A DNA stretch of 64,000 bases from an uncultured Methanomicrobiales archaeon (GTDB taxonomy: Archaea > Halobacteriota > Methanomicrobia > Methanomicrobiales > Methanospirillaceae). The notes below the pieces were generated by a model that was not told the DNA's origin, did not search any database, and worked only from the letters and a program-made list of their open reading frames with translations. Position numbers and translations under genes: made by a program. The stretch is from positions 160,001 to 224,000 of the forward strand of contig CAVWXH010000009.1 in the NCBI GenBank assembly GCA_963758915.1. The letters are read 5' to 3'. Within the stretch, counting starts at the first letter, position 1. Each line of letters opens with the position of its first letter. Shown here piece after piece: positions 39,964 to 51,807 of this stretch.

Positions 39964-40842
39964 TCAAAGCGAAGGGAATACCCGGATGATATCAGACTGA
40001 GTGAGAATACCGATTGGCACGTCCCCTTCAACGACAACCAGGCGGCCAATTTTACGTTCCTTGAACCTTCCAATAACCTCAAAGAGCTGGACATCAGCTG
40101 ACGCTTTCACCACATCAGTTGTCATTACCACATTGACCTTTGTAGTCAGGGGCATCTCATCATCAATTGCTTTTATAACATCCGACAGAGTTATGATCCC
40201 TTCAAGACCCCCGTTTCCAATCACCGGGGCACCATGGATATGGCGGGTATTGAAGAGATGAAGTGCATCACGCAGCGTGGAGTCCGGTGGAAGTGAGAGG
40301 ATCGGTGCACTCATATAATGCCGGATCGATTGTTTCGGGAGTGATATCATCTCCTGGGTGGTAATCAGCAGGGATTGTTCCACCTCGTCTTTCCCATACA
40401 CCTCACCACGGATCAGGAGCTTGTTAACCGGGGTCGGGCCGATCGTAATCTGGTCGCCTATCTCGAAAATTTTTGCACTCCCAATCAGTTTTATTAACGC
40501 ATGACAGATATCCGGGTGACACAGGGTAGTGAAATCAATCTCTGATACCTTTGCCCCCGTTACCGTCTCACCATTCCGGGAGATGCGGACATCATAGTCC
40601 TCATCCGAAATGTCAAGGTCAAGTTCCCGAAAGGCAAGAGCCGTCGGATTATACCCTCCCTTCGGACCGGGAACCCCGTCAACCAGGCCAATCGCTTTAA
40701 GGGATTGCATCTGGTTCCGTATAGTTCCAGGATTCCGTTTTATTATATCAGCGATTTCTTCACCCTTAATTGGATGAGAATGCTTTTGGTAGAGGGAAAT
40801 CAGTGTAATCAGGATGTCTTTCTGAATAAGGGAAAGATCCAT
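39964..40842 (-). CDS. HTH plus CBS-pair protein
   Basis: NPGTIRNQMQSLK..GLV.GVPGPKGGY followed by two CBS domains. Confidence 0.88.
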   Translation of the reverse strand: MDLSLIQKDILITLISLYQKHSHPIKGEEIADIIKRNPGTIRNQMQSLKAIGLVDGVPGPKGGYNPTALAFRELDLDISDEDYDVRISRNGETVTGAKVSEIDFTTLCHPDICHALIKLIGSAKIFEIGDQITIGPTPVNKLLIRGEVYGKDEVEQSLLITTQEMISLPKQSIRHYMSAPILSLPPDSTLRDALHLFNTRHIHGAPVIGNGGLEGIITLSDVIKAIDDEMPLTTKVNVVMTTDVVKASADVQLFEVIGRFKERKIGRLVVVEGDVPIGILTQSDIIRVFPSL

Positions 40843-40888
40843 AATGATTAATCATGGGAGTACCATAAATAGGTTAGGTTGAACTTCT

Positions 40889-41857
40889 GTGGAATTTGAG
40901 AGAATCCCGACTGTACCGACCGCTGACGAAGTCCTTGACAGGTGTTTCCGGCGTGCTGCGGCTAAAATGAAATTAAAAGCGAATAAAGACCGCGCAAATC
41001 AGGATTTCGTACGGGCTGTCAGCCACTCCATTCACGACAGGCTGGTACACGTGATCCAGACATTCCCTGAATTCGAGACCCTCCCCCCGTTTTACCGGGA
41101 GACTGTAGATATCCTGTATGGAATTCCGAGGCTGAAAAAGGCCCTCGGGGCGATTGGCTGGGCCGCCAGGTGGTCCAGGCTTCACGGCCCTGACCTGATA
41201 CTCGAGACCCGGAGAGGAGGGGATCCGCTTGCCGCACGAAAAAAGGCGGTTGCACGGCTTGCGTCAGTAGTCCACCAGATAGATTCCGAACTGCGTTTCT
41301 TAAATGAAGTAAGAAATGTGGTCCGGAAGCTACCCCACGTGGAGGACATTTTTACGGTGGTTATCGCAGGGTACCCGAATGTCGGCAAATCATCATTTAT
41401 CCGGCTGGTTTCCACGGCAGACCCGGAAGTTGCTTCGTACCCGTTTACTACGAAAGGAGTCATCGTAGGACACCGGGTGGACGGGAGAAAACGGATGCAG
41501 TTTATCGATACTCCCGGCGTACTTGACCGGTTGCCTGAGGCGAGAAATCCCATCGAACGGCAGGCGATGGCTGCAATAACCAATATTGCCGATGTTATCC
41601 TGTTCATTCTTGACCCGAGCGAACACTGCGGGTTCCCGCTCGAGGACCAGATGAAACTGTATGAAGAAATTACCACCACCATCGATGTGCCGGTTGTTGC
41701 AGTCGCAAACAAATCTGATATAAAATGTCTGGATGGCTACCCCCTGATGTCAACAGGCCAGAACTCAGGAGTTGACGAGGTCCTTCTTATCCTTATGGAA
41801 TACTGGAGGGAACCAGGGGTGGTTGAAGAGCCAATCCCATACTCCGTCACATACTGA
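40889..41857 (+). CDS. NOG1-family GTPase
   Basis: GYPNVGKSS, YPFTTK, DTPG, NKSD. Confidence 0.93.
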   Translation: MEFERIPTVPTADEVLDRCFRRAAAKMKLKANKDRANQDFVRAVSHSIHDRLVHVIQTFPEFETLPPFYRETVDILYGIPRLKKALGAIGWAARWSRLHGPDLILETRRGGDPLAARKKAVARLASVVHQIDSELRFLNEVRNVVRKLPHVEDIFTVVIAGYPNVGKSSFIRLVSTADPEVASYPFTTKGVIVGHRVDGRKRMQFIDTPGVLDRLPEARNPIERQAMAAITNIADVILFILDPSEHCGFPLEDQMKLYEEITTTIDVPVVAVANKSDIKCLDGYPLMSTGQNSGVDEVLLILMEYWREPGVVEEPIPYSVTY

Positions 41858-41894
41858 AACCGGTAAGAAATCAATAATTTCGGCTTTTATTAAA

Positions 41895-42360
41895 CCCTCT
41901 CAAATCTATCTTGCAGATTGGGAATTCACGCTGGTATGAAAAACTCCACGAACCACCTGAAAGACGACCTTTTTCATACTCATCTATGAGCCAACGGCTC
42001 ATAGCACGCTCTGTTGAAGAGCTATAATAGGCACCCAGAATCCTGATTATTCTGAAATTTATCTTCGCTCCAGGGGCTCATGGCCCGCCGCTTTGGCGAC
42101 CCCGGTTGGGATAGAGACTATTCCCAATACTCTGAATGTAATGAGCCTTCGCCGAAACCCTGCCCGAAGAATATCTGAATGGGGGTGAAGCAGGGAGGCG
42201 GTGAAACCCCCTCCTGTCTACATATTCTCCACTTCTTTTTTAAAATTCTCATAATTTCCCCTGTAAATGCCTGAACGGCCACCAATCTGAAGAAATTTTG
42301 AACGTGGTATTTTCAATCGTTCGGGTGTGAACTTCGCGTTCATCTGTGTTTCAACAAAGA
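41895..42360 (-). repeat. Dispersed structured repeat, copy C (reverse, with a + strand accessory module at 41931-42017)
   Basis: 42066-42360 is the reverse complement of copy A; 41931-42014 matches 20989-21072. Confidence 0.9.
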
Positions 42361-42434
42361 ATAGTATCGATAATTAATTGACTGAGGTGTTATTATACCA
42401 ATATTTTGGAAGGATGGAGACATTATTTCCGGGA

Positions 42435-43337
42435 TCAGATCATCATCCAGCCCCAGCTCCCGCTTATTGCACACCCAATCAAAAAACCGATAATTGCCCC
42501 ACCATTTAGTGGAGGGAGCCCGGCTTGGGGTTTTCCCTTATTTACAAACCAAAGGAGGACTATAAGGCCGGCGAGCGATCCAATAATTGCACCCAATGCC
42601 GGAATATTAATAAATGGCAAACCACCCGGTTTTAAGAACATATTGGCCGAAACAACGAGGATCGCAGGCATAATGAGGTCGCCCATCCCCATGACGAATG
42701 CCCCCCGCTCTCCCTCACTAATCTTGCCAATCCCATCCCTGATATATGAATAGCTGACTTTTTTCGGGATAACGAAGAGAATGGGCGTTTTCATCTCCAT
42801 TACTCCTTCTGCAAGGGTGATCATATGCCGGGTCTTGTAGACCGAGATGGCATCATAAATCGCGAGGAGGACAAGCAGGATTATTACCGGAATAATACCA
42901 AGCGAGATGCCAAAAATTGACGCCGCACCTGCGGCAATAAGTATTCCGAGTGTGTCAATGACATACCATTCCGGATACAGGTACAGGAGAGCAATCGCAA
43001 GCCCGGAAAGTATGAGGGGCATGACCACTGCGATGATCCCGTTACTGGTAAAGAGGGTTACAATGGAGCTGAAAATATAAACAAACGTAAAGAAAATCGA
43101 AACCGCAATAATTGCGACAATAAGTTGTTTATAGCGATATTTCAGCAGTACCAGGAGCACGGCGGTGAATGCAAGGAGTATCGCGATAAAGATCAGGGGA
43201 TTTAACATTGACGAAGGGTCTTCGAAAGCTGTGATTCCTGCCTCTTTCATCGGTAGCGAGAGAAAAATAGCGCCGATTTCCACGAGGACCATCATTACCA
43301 GCATCCCTGCCAGCGGGACCAGCTGTTTCAACTCCAT
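42435..43337 (-). CDS. Presenilin-family intramembrane aspartyl protease
   Basis: YDAISV, MGMGD, AGLPPL. Confidence 0.92.
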   Translation of the reverse strand: MELKQLVPLAGMLVMMVLVEIGAIFLSLPMKEAGITAFEDPSSMLNPLIFIAILLAFTAVLLVLLKYRYKQLIVAIIAVSIFFTFVYIFSSIVTLFTSNGIIAVVMPLILSGLAIALLYLYPEWYVIDTLGILIAAGAASIFGISLGIIPVIILLVLLAIYDAISVYKTRHMITLAEGVMEMKTPILFVIPKKVSYSYIRDGIGKISEGERGAFVMGMGDLIMPAILVVSANMFLKPGGLPFINIPALGAIIGSLAGLIVLLWFVNKGKPQAGLPPLNGGAIIGFLIGCAISGSWGWMMI

Positions 43338-43394
43338 ACCAGAACTCCATTCATCATAGGTAGTTTAATTAGTTGGCCTTCATTATCTAAAAGC

Positions 43395-43709
43395 ATGGAT
43401 ATTCGAGATTACGTGCGCGACATTATTCTGATTATTATCCTCGTAATCGCCACACTCGCACTCGTCACGCGCCTCTGGTATGATAGTACAATTGCCCTGG
43501 GCGCAATGCTGATGATGCTTTCCCTCGGGGGGCTTCTCCTGTCCCAGAGCATCAGGATCCGTTCACTGGAGCGTAGTATCCAGGTGCGTGACAAGGCAAT
43601 CAGGGCGAATCTTGAGGAAATTTCAGCGAAAATGATCCAGAAATACGATGCGAGTGCAGCCCATCTCGATGAGGTCGTCAACGAGTTTGGGAAACGTATC
43701 TACCGGTAG
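43395..43709 (+). CDS. Hypothetical membrane protein (2 TM helices plus coiled coil)
   Basis: Two hydrophobic helices; directly upstream of fen. Confidence 0.7.
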   Translation: MDIRDYVRDIILIIILVIATLALVTRLWYDSTIALGAMLMMLSLGGLLLSQSIRIRSLERSIQVRDKAIRANLEEISAKMIQKYDASAAHLDEVVNEFGKRIYR

Positions 43710-43731
43710 GATAGTAACTCCACAAGGTACC

Positions 43732-44733
43732 ATGGGTGTCGCGTTACGTGATATCATTGCAGACTATAAAGTGCCCCTCGGATGGGAGGCACTCCCCGGA
43801 ATAGCGGCAGTTGACGCCCATAACGCTCTCTACCAGTTCCTTTCAATTATACGCCAGCCTGACGGTACGCCCCTGATGGACACAAAAGGCCGGGTCACAT
43901 CCCATCTTTCCGGTATTCTCTTCAGGAATGCAAATTTCCTTGAACGCGGTATCAGGCCGGTTTATGTTTTCGATGGCCCGCCACCGGATTTTAAACAAAA
44001 GACCATCGAAGAGCGAAGGAGTGCAAGGGTACAGGCTGGAGAGCGCTGGGAGGAGGCGCTTGCAAGGGGCGACACGGAAGAAGCCTATAAGCAGGCGAGG
44101 TCGTCATCAAAAGTCGATCGGGACGTAATTGAAACCTCAAAAGAACTCCTGTCCCTGATGGGGATACCCTGTATCGAGGCACCAAGCGAAGGTGAAGCAC
44201 AGGCTACTCACATGGTTATGCATGGCGATGCATCCTACGTGGTATCGCAGGACTACGATACCCTGCTTTTCGGTGTCCCCATGCTGGTTCGGAACCTCAC
44301 GATAAGCGGTAAACGGAAAATTCACGGGAGGAGTGTCATGTTAAACCCGGAAAAGGTCACCCTGGCGGAGGTTCTGAAAGGACTTGGTATCACCCGCGAG
44401 CAGCTTATCCAGATCGCGGTGCTTATCGGGAACGATTTTAACCCCGGTGTGAAAGGTATCGGCCCGAAGACAGCGCTGAAACTGGTAAAAGAAGGTTCCT
44501 TCGAAAAGACCATGCGTGAAAAGGAGCCGGATTTCGATCCCGGACCGGTTATTGACTTTTTCTTAAACCCGCCTGTCACCAGTGATTATAACCTGGCCTG
44601 GCATCCTCCGGACACGGTTAAGATCGAGGAGATGCTCTGCGGGGAGTATAATTTCTCGGTGGAACGGGTGAGAAAAGCGCTTGAAGGGATTGCAGGGAAA
44701 GCAGGTCAAAAAACACTTGACAAATGGTTTTAG
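43732..44733 (+). CDS. fen: Flap endonuclease 1
   Basis: MGV start, DA.N.LYQFL, EGEAQA, SQDYD, GNDF, GIGPKTA, PIP box QKTLDKWF. Confidence 0.96.
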   Translation: MGVALRDIIADYKVPLGWEALPGIAAVDAHNALYQFLSIIRQPDGTPLMDTKGRVTSHLSGILFRNANFLERGIRPVYVFDGPPPDFKQKTIEERRSARVQAGERWEEALARGDTEEAYKQARSSSKVDRDVIETSKELLSLMGIPCIEAPSEGEAQATHMVMHGDASYVVSQDYDTLLFGVPMLVRNLTISGKRKIHGRSVMLNPEKVTLAEVLKGLGITREQLIQIAVLIGNDFNPGVKGIGPKTALKLVKEGSFEKTMREKEPDFDPGPVIDFFLNPPVTSDYNLAWHPPDTVKIEEMLCGEYNFSVERVRKALEGIAGKAGQKTLDKWF

Positions 44734-44950
44734 AAATATCCCAGATGAGTGGTTCCCTGATGTTTGAGTTCTCGCTGTAATCCTGAATACCACTACATAT
44801 TTTTTCGTCATTGTTGAAATTCAAATGAATGGGAAGTTTAAAACCCGAATATGATAATTTCCGTAGCAAAATCTCCTTATATTGTTATTTGTCTATAAGC
44901 ATTTTCAGGAGAAATGCTTCTCATAAATTAGATAGCCTGAAAATGATTCA

Positions 44951-45110
44951 CGCTCCAGTGGCTCATGGCCCGCCGATTTGGCGACCCCGGTTGGGATGAG
45001 GGAATGGTCTCTACATTTTTTGAATTTTTCAAGAAACCACAATTGAACCCTGCCCAAAGAGTATCTTATTGGGGGTGGGTCAGGGAGGGGGTGAAACCCC
45101 CTCCTGTCTG
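44951..45110 (-). repeat. Dispersed structured repeat, copy D (GC-rich core, reverse)
   Basis: CGCTCC..GCTCATGGCCCGCCG..GGCGACCCCGGTTGGGAT...ACCCTGCCCAAAGAGTATCT..GGGGTGAAACCCCCTCCTGTCT. Confidence 0.9.
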
Positions 45111-45190
45111 CACCTTTTCTTTTTCCTCATTTCATACAACCAAAACAGAATTTTCTTTTTTAAAAAAATAAAGGCCAGATTTAAATTCCA

Positions 45191-45787
45191 TCACTCAATT
45201 TTTCTCCAGGTATGCACAAATCGCTGTGCTGCTGTGAAATGGCCGAACACCCCGAATATTACGAGTAACCACCCGAGTAGCGGCATCCCGAGCACCCCCT
45301 CAGGGAATACCAGTGTCAGGATCCCGGCCACCATGATCAACAGCAGGCGGTCTGCCCGCCCAAGCACCCCGCCATAAAATCTCCCGGCACCTACAGCCTG
45401 GGCCTGGGTCCCGAGATAGGAGGACATGAGGACGCCGGTCAGGGCAAAAATACCAAGCAGCCAGCCGGCATTTCCCCCGCCGATAATTCCGGTGATGATG
45501 AAAATATCTGCATAACGGTCAACCACGTGGTCGAGGAAATCCCCCTTCGGGCTCTGGATATTCATTGCTCGCGCCAGAGCGCCATCCAGTGCATCCAGGC
45601 CCGCATTCAGCGCGACCATAACGACAGCTGCAGCAATATAGTTAAAATAAAAAAATATACCTGCAGCAATTGCTGCGACCAGTGATCCAACGGTCAGAAT
45701 ATTAGGGGTCAGGCCCATTTTCATTGAGGCCGCGATGAAAGGGTTGAACCAGTCCTTAACATGCGGTCTGAAATGGTCAAGGGTCAT
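45191..45787 (-). CDS. CDP-alcohol phosphatidyltransferase
   Basis: DALDGALAR...GDFLDHVVDRYAD. Confidence 0.92.
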   Translation of the reverse strand: MTLDHFRPHVKDWFNPFIAASMKMGLTPNILTVGSLVAAIAAGIFFYFNYIAAAVVMVALNAGLDALDGALARAMNIQSPKGDFLDHVVDRYADIFIITGIIGGGNAGWLLGIFALTGVLMSSYLGTQAQAVGAGRFYGGVLGRADRLLLIMVAGILTLVFPEGVLGMPLLGWLLVIFGVFGHFTAAQRFVHTWRKIE

Positions 45788-46296
45788 ATCATTGGCTCCA
45801 GGTAGTCCGACCAGTCGTTCTTCCCATAAGAGGAAGGTATCTCCCTCCGGATAAACTGCTCTATATGTTCCACGCAGACGGGGATCGCGGCATATGTTGT
45901 TTCAATTTCAAGAATATGCCCTGGCGGATGAATCTCAAGGGCCTCGACAAGAATCACATCGAGCGCTTCGGCTTCAACATTCTCCCGAATTTTCTCCCAC
46001 GGGTATCCCCGCTTCTCCAGCCTTGATTTGAGGATGTCCGGCCTGCAACGGAGAATGATTACAAGGTCACAAGGGAGGAGATGGGCAAGGTGACCTTCAA
46101 CGAACCCTTCGACTGGCGTGAATGATGCAATCCATGCTTCCTCGTCAATAATAACTGTGTCGCGCTGATTATCAGCCTCAATAATAAATTCCCTGGAGGA
46201 TTCTGTCGCATGGACTACACGGTAACCCCGCTTTTCCAGCTCTTCTGCAATCGCAGACTTTCCTGTACCGGGGGTCCCGGATATCCCGTACATCAT
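45784..46296 (-). CDS. Adenylate kinase, AK6/Fap7 family
   Basis: GTPGTGKS, EGH, RGY...KI.ENVEAE. Confidence 0.88.
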   Translation of the reverse strand: MMYGISGTPGTGKSAIAEELEKRGYRVVHATESSREFIIEADNQRDTVIIDEEAWIASFTPVEGFVEGHLAHLLPCDLVIILRCRPDILKSRLEKRGYPWEKIRENVEAEALDVILVEALEIHPPGHILEIETTYAAIPVCVEHIEQFIRREIPSSYGKNDWSDYLEPMI

Positions 46297-47354
46297 GGAT
46301 TCAGGCGCCCGAAGGCATCAATACACATTGTGTTCTCCCAATCGGCCCCGATACTTACACGGACATAATGGTCTTCGAGACCACGGAAACTCCGGCATGA
46401 CCGGGCAAGCACACCCATGCGGGCGAGACGGTCAACTGCATCATCAGATGTGAGCGGGGCAACGTCCACCATAACGAAATTCGCATCCGACGGCATGACA
46501 GGAAAATTCAACCGCCCTGATAATTCCATTCGCCACCGGATTACCCGTGCCCGGGCCCTTTCAACATGTTGTGTATCTGACAGGGCACCCACTGCCGCGG
46601 CAGCCGATACCGCATTGAGGGTGTGTGGTGTGGCAGCACGGAGGTAATAGGGCCGGAACCATTCCGGCACAAAGGCATACCCAACCCTGAGCCCGGCAAG
46701 TGAGTACGCCTTTGAAAAGGTCCTCCCGATGATCAGGTTATCGAAATCCCGGAGTAACGGGAGATAATCCAGGTCTGAAAACTCTACATATGCATTGTCG
46801 AGGAACAGGACACATTCGATCTCCTTCAGGATTCCCCGGATCACTTCCAGGGAGGTCCCGTTTCCTGTCGGGTTATTGGGGGTGCACAGGAACGCCAGCT
46901 TTGCTTCTTCACACGCTTCGATGAACCCGGCAGGCTCAACGGTAAAACCCGGGCCCCTCGGCACTTCGACGACCCCGGCCCCCTGCGCAATGGCAGAAAG
47001 GCGGTAAAACGAGAAAGTAGGGGTGGAAATCGCGACAAGGTCACCTGGCTCCACAAGTGTCCGGATTGTTGTCTCGATGACCCCGTCCATGCCAACGCCG
47101 GTAACGAAGGGGAAATTCCCATGCGCCGCGACAAGGGCGTCATTCAGGGAGACCTGGCGCTCATCAGGGTAGCGGTTCGCGTTGCAAAGTGCTTCGTAAC
47201 CCTTTTCCAGGGCAATTTCTGAAGGGGGATCCGGATTTTCGTTGCTGGCAAGCCTGGCAACCCGATCAAGACCATGTTGTTTCCCGATCTCCGCAGCGTT
47301 CCTGGCAAAGACATAACCCTCGCTCTGGTAGCAACCCCTAACCGATCGCTTCAT
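46293..47354 (-). CDS. hisC: Histidinol-phosphate aminotransferase
   Basis: LASNENP, NRYP, PNNPTG, RTFSKAYSLAGLRVGY. Confidence 0.92.
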   Translation of the reverse strand: MKRSVRGCYQSEGYVFARNAAEIGKQHGLDRVARLASNENPDPPSEIALEKGYEALCNANRYPDERQVSLNDALVAAHGNFPFVTGVGMDGVIETTIRTLVEPGDLVAISTPTFSFYRLSAIAQGAGVVEVPRGPGFTVEPAGFIEACEEAKLAFLCTPNNPTGNGTSLEVIRGILKEIECVLFLDNAYVEFSDLDYLPLLRDFDNLIIGRTFSKAYSLAGLRVGYAFVPEWFRPYYLRAATPHTLNAVSAAAAVGALSDTQHVERARARVIRWRMELSGRLNFPVMPSDANFVMVDVAPLTSDDAVDRLARMGVLARSCRSFRGLEDHYVRVSIGADWENTMCIDAFGRLNP

Positions 47355-48468
47355 TGACCACCTCTATTACGCGATCTATCTCACTGTCGCTGATAACAAG
47401 GGGGGGCATAAGCCGCAGGTTCCCATCCGCAGCACAGTTTACCAGTACACCCTTTCCGGCACAATTGTCCCGGACGGATACACACCGGTCACCGAGAGTC
47501 ATCCCGATCAGGAGGCCGGCAATCCGGGGGTTATGCCCGGAAAGCCCCTTCCTGAACCGTTCTGCCTTTATGGGAATGGACGGCAGAATATCCTCAATGA
47601 TCCCTATCGTTGCAAGCGCCGCTGCACAAGCGAGCGGACCACCTGCAAACGTGCTCCCGTGCTCACTTTTCTGGAACTCGAGACCTTTCCGGGCCACAAG
47701 AGCACCCATTGGAAAACCACTGGCAATTCCTTTTGCAATTGTCACAATATCCGGCGTTACCCGGGAATGCTGGTAGGCAAACCACTTCCCGGTCCTCGCC
47801 ATCCCGGTCTGTACTTCATCGGCGATCATCAGGGTGCCGTGCTCATCGCAGATCTCCCGGACCCCTTCAAGGAAACCTGGTGGTGGAATGATGACCCCTG
47901 CTTCACCCTGGACAGGTTCAACAAGGACGGCTGCTGTAGTATCATCGACTGCCTTTTTCAGTAATTCGAGGTTGCCGTATTCTACAAATGAACATTCAAG
48001 CCCAAGTGGTTCAAACGGCTCACGGATTGCCGGTTTGTGGGTAACCGCAAGTGACCCTATCGTCCTCCCGTGGAACCCGTGCGCAAATGAAACAAATTTT
48101 TTCCTGCCTGTCCGCACACGGGCCAGCTTCAGCGCTCCATCGTTAGCTTCGGCTCCGGAATTGGAGAAAAACGCCTTTTCAAGACCCGAGATCTCGACAA
48201 GTTTCTTCGCAAGCTCTGCCTGGTGGGGAACATAGTACAGGTTGGAGCAGTGGATCAGGTCATGCGCCTGTTCGCAGATCGCCTTCACCACGGCCGGGTG
48301 ACAATGACCGGTGCTGCACACAGCAATCCCTGCAACGCAGTCAATGTACTCCTTTCCGTCTGAGTCCCATACTAATGATCCCGATCCCCGGGTGATCATC
48401 ATGTCCCGGGTAAATGCGGGCATAACGTACTGTGCATCCAGTTCCCTGAAATTGGATGAATTTTTCAT
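47338..48468 (-). CDS. argD: Acetylornithine aminotransferase
   Basis: NSGAEAN, FHGRT, EPVQGEAG, DEVQTG..RTG, AKG. Confidence 0.9.
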   Translation of the reverse strand: MKNSSNFRELDAQYVMPAFTRDMMITRGSGSLVWDSDGKEYIDCVAGIAVCSTGHCHPAVVKAICEQAHDLIHCSNLYYVPHQAELAKKLVEISGLEKAFFSNSGAEANDGALKLARVRTGRKKFVSFAHGFHGRTIGSLAVTHKPAIREPFEPLGLECSFVEYGNLELLKKAVDDTTAAVLVEPVQGEAGVIIPPPGFLEGVREICDEHGTLMIADEVQTGMARTGKWFAYQHSRVTPDIVTIAKGIASGFPMGALVARKGLEFQKSEHGSTFAGGPLACAAALATIGIIEDILPSIPIKAERFRKGLSGHNPRIAGLLIGMTLGDRCVSVRDNCAGKGVLVNCAADGNLRLMPPLVISDSEIDRVIEVVNEAIG

Positions 48469-48590
48469 GTATATCCTTCCTGGTTAGTTATCCTGGTTGT
48501 TCATCTGATTATGTTCCGGTGGAAATAGTATATACCGAATCTTCCTGGCGGGAAAGCCCTGGATGTAAATCCCACCCCATCCCACCCTTT

Positions 48591-49508
48591 TCATTCATAC
48601 TCAATTGTCGCCGGAGGCTTAGGTGTAATGTCATAAACTACCCTTGAAACGCTTCTGATCTGCCCGGTGATCCGGGACTCGATTTTTGCCAGTACCTCGT
48701 ACGGGAGATGGATCGGGTCCGCGGTCATACCATCACGTGAGTTGACCGCACGCACGGCAACTATCCACCCATGGACCCTGTTATCTCCCTTTACCCCGGT
48801 CCCAAGACCCACCACGGCAGCTAAACACTGCCACGGACGGAACTGTTCCACCAGTTCGTCCTCGACAATCCAGTTCGCTTCCCGGACGACCTCAACTTTT
48901 TCAGGGGTAACTTCCCCGATTATCCTGACTGCGAGGCCCGGGCCCGGAAATGGCATCCTGTGCTGGATTTCTGCCGGGAGTCCGAGTGCACCGGCAACAT
49001 CCCGTACCTCGTCCTTGTAAAGGTCACGGAGCGGTTCAATCACGCCTTCAAATTCCATGTGAAGTGGCATACCACCGACATTATGATGGCTCTTGATACC
49101 ACCTTCGCTCTCTATCCGGTCGGGGTAGATCGTCCCCTGCAGGAGCATTTTCGCTCCCGTTAACCTTGCCTCACGTTCGAAAACACGGATGAACTGCTCA
49201 CCAATGGCTTTCCTCTTCGCTTCCGGGTCTGTGATCCCTTTCAGGACTGATAGGAATTCCACCGACGCGTCAACGACCTTGAGGTTCATATCGCCAAACA
49301 GGTGACAGATCCGTTCGGTCTCACCCTTTCTCATGAGCCCGGTATCGACATAAATAGGCACCAGGTTACACCCGATCGCCTTTGCCGCCAGCGCTGCTGC
49401 CACTGAGCTGTCAACCCCGCCTGAAAGGGCCATTACAACGCCCCTGCCGGCCGCAGAATCCCTGATCTCTGTTATTGCCTGATCGATGAATTTTGCTGTA
49501 TTAACCAT
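48591..49508 (-). CDS. guaA: GMP synthase, ATP pyrophosphatase subunit
   Basis: SGGVDSS, QGTIYPD.IES, IKSHHNV, KPPATIE; no glutaminase domain (split archaeal form). Confidence 0.93.
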   Translation of the reverse strand: MVNTAKFIDQAITEIRDSAAGRGVVMALSGGVDSSVAAALAAKAIGCNLVPIYVDTGLMRKGETERICHLFGDMNLKVVDASVEFLSVLKGITDPEAKRKAIGEQFIRVFEREARLTGAKMLLQGTIYPDRIESEGGIKSHHNVGGMPLHMEFEGVIEPLRDLYKDEVRDVAGALGLPAEIQHRMPFPGPGLAVRIIGEVTPEKVEVVREANWIVEDELVEQFRPWQCLAAVVGLGTGVKGDNRVHGWIVAVRAVNSRDGMTADPIHLPYEVLAKIESRITGQIRSVSRVVYDITPKPPATIEYE

Positions 49509-49522
49509 TCATTCACCTGAAT

Positions 49523-51103
49523 TCAGATTTTTTTATTCCTTTCACGGCATGCGTCCACAAACCCGAGGAACGGGGGTGACGGTCGCGTCGGTCGCGACCT
49601 GAACTCCGGATGGAACTGGGTGGCAAAGAAGAACGGGTGTGCCGGCACCTCGAGGATCTCCATCCTGTCCCCCCAGGCCCCTGAAAACACTACACCTGCC
49701 TTTTCGAGCGTTTCTATGGAGCCCGGGTCTACCTCGTACCGGTGGCGGTGACGCTCAGTGGTCTCGTTACTCCCGTAGAGCTTCTTCGCCAGTGTCCCGT
49801 CCTTAATGGTAACCGGGTAGTTCCCAAGTCTCATCGTGCCACCCAGGTTTTTCACGTTCTCCTGCTCGGGAAGTATTGCTATCACGTGCCGGCCTTCACC
49901 GAACTCTTCGCTCGTGGCATCAGTCCACCCGAGCACATTTCGCGAATACTCGACAACCGCCATCTGGAACCCTAGACACAGGCCGAGGAACGGGATACTT
50001 TTTGTCCTTGCATAGGTGATGGCATCGATCTTTCCCTGTATTCCACGCGGCCCGAAACCACCAGGGACCAGGATCCCGTCATATTCCTCAAGGTGTGACG
50101 GTTCGTACCGTTCTGCATCAAGCCAGCCGATCTTCACCTCGGTAGAAAGGGCACGTCCCGCATGTTTGAGTGCTTCCTTAATACTCAGGTAAACGTCCTC
50201 AATTCCATATTTAGAGACGATGGCAACACTTATGCGGCTAGTGTACTCACGGTTCACCAGGCTGTACCAGTCATTGTTCACCGGTCTCTTCTCAAGGCCC
50301 ATGTGCTTCGAAAGGACATCTGCCAGGCCCTCCTTCTCCATCTCCATCGGGACCTGGTAAATGTCCGGGACCGTTGCTGCACTAATCACGCCTGCCTGCG
50401 GGAGGTCACAGAACGCCGAAATCTTACGTTTCGTGTTGGGGCCGATCGGCTGCTCACTCCTTCCGACGATAATATCCGCGTACAGACCAAGTTCACGGAG
50501 TGCCTTGACCGAGTGCTGGGTCGGCTTGGTCTTCATATCACCCATCGAGTCAGCCGGAATAAGGGTGACATGGATAAGAAGGCTGTCTGCTTCAGGTAGC
50601 TCGCCCCGCATCTGCCTGACCGCTTCAAGGAAGGGCATGCTCTCGATGTCGCCCACCGTACCACCCACTTCCACAAGACACATTTCTGCCTGGTCTCCTC
50701 CGTTGATGGCGGTTTCTGCGGCATTCCTGATACAGGTCTTAATCTGTTCAGTTATGTGGGGAATGATCTGCACGGTCTCGCCGAGGAAATCACCCCGGCG
50801 CTCCATTTCGATAACAGTCCGGTAGACTTTACCGGTTGTGATATTGTGGGTTGCACCGAGGTCGATATCGAGGAACCGCTCGTAATTTCCAAGGTCGAGG
50901 TCTACCTCCCCGCCATCGGAGAGGACGAACACCTCGCCGTGCTGACCGGGATTCATCGTGCCGGCGTCGATATTGAGGTACGGGTCAATTTTTACCGCCG
51001 TTACCTTGTATCCACGACTTTTGAGGATGCGTCCAACAGACGCTGCGGTAATCCCTTTTCCAAGCCCGCTCATTACTCCGCCGGTAATAAAAATATACTT
51101 CAC
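49523..51103 (-). CDS. pyrG: CTP synthase
   Basis: [35 protein letters not shown]. Confidence 0.97.
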   Translation of the reverse strand: MKYIFITGGVMSGLGKGITAASVGRILKSRGYKVTAVKIDPYLNIDAGTMNPGQHGEVFVLSDGGEVDLDLGNYERFLDIDLGATHNITTGKVYRTVIEMERRGDFLGETVQIIPHITEQIKTCIRNAAETAINGGDQAEMCLVEVGGTVGDIESMPFLEAVRQMRGELPEADSLLIHVTLIPADSMGDMKTKPTQHSVKALRELGLYADIIVGRSEQPIGPNTKRKISAFCDLPQAGVISAATVPDIYQVPMEMEKEGLADVLSKHMGLEKRPVNNDWYSLVNREYTSRISVAIVSKYGIEDVYLSIKEALKHAGRALSTEVKIGWLDAERYEPSHLEEYDGILVPGGFGPRGIQGKIDAITYARTKSIPFLGLCLGFQMAVVEYSRNVLGWTDATSEEFGEGRHVIAILPEQENVKNLGGTMRLGNYPVTIKDGTLAKKLYGSNETTERHRHRYEVDPGSIETLEKAGVVFSGAWGDRMEILEVPAHPFFFATQFHPEFRSRPTRPSPPFLGFVDACRERNKKI

Positions 51104-51321
51104 ACTATCCCCCGTTCACCTGTACAGTTATGATTACTCATTATCACTCATTTTATGATAGTTCTATTCCCCTCTGTCACAGGGGACCGGGAAAAAGATG
51201 TATCAGTTGTCCGGTTGCTCCCGTCCGTGCAAAAAAGATTGCGGCCATCTCAAAACCCCTTGTCGGGAGATCTAACCGGATTGCCCCGGGAACCACTAAA
51301 CTATTGGACGGTGGAGAGAGA

Positions 51322-51762
51322 TTACGAAAGACCAGGTTCAGTTTTTTTTACGGTGGATGAAATCGCAAACGAAGCAGAAGAACGGGCGATACTATCCTCC
51401 TGGCCCTCAGGTCGCACATCAGCTTCTGAGAATACCACCCTCCTTCCTTTTTTAATAACACGGCCTTCTGCAACCAGGACCATCCCGGGTCCTGCCCCCC
51501 TCATGAAACTGGTTGATTCTGATATAGTGGCAATGACCTGGTCTTCTTCAAGCAGGGCATAAACAGCAAGCACCATGGCCTCGTCAGCGAGCGCGGTAAA
51601 CATTCCGCCCTGTAAAAAGCCTTCCCCGTTGAGCATATCGTCCCGCACCCTCATGCTGAGCGTGGCCTTCCCATTATCAAGCGAGACCACGTCGATCCCC
51701 ATCAGGCAGAAAAACGGGTTTGCATCCCTCCCTCGATCCCGGATCCTTTCAATATAACTCAT
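51322..51762 (-). CDS. PaaI-family thioesterase
   Basis: NG.G.LQGG...ALADEAM; ATG 51762. Confidence 0.85.
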   Translation of the reverse strand: MSYIERIRDRGRDANPFFCLMGIDVVSLDNGKATLSMRVRDDMLNGEGFLQGGMFTALADEAMVLAVYALLEEDQVIATISESTSFMRGAGPGMVLVAEGRVIKKGRRVVFSEADVRPEGQEDSIARSSASFAISSTVKKTEPGLS

Positions 51763-51807
51763 TTGTTTCCCTTTAATCTTCGCGAGCGATACAATAAGGG
51801 TTTTGCC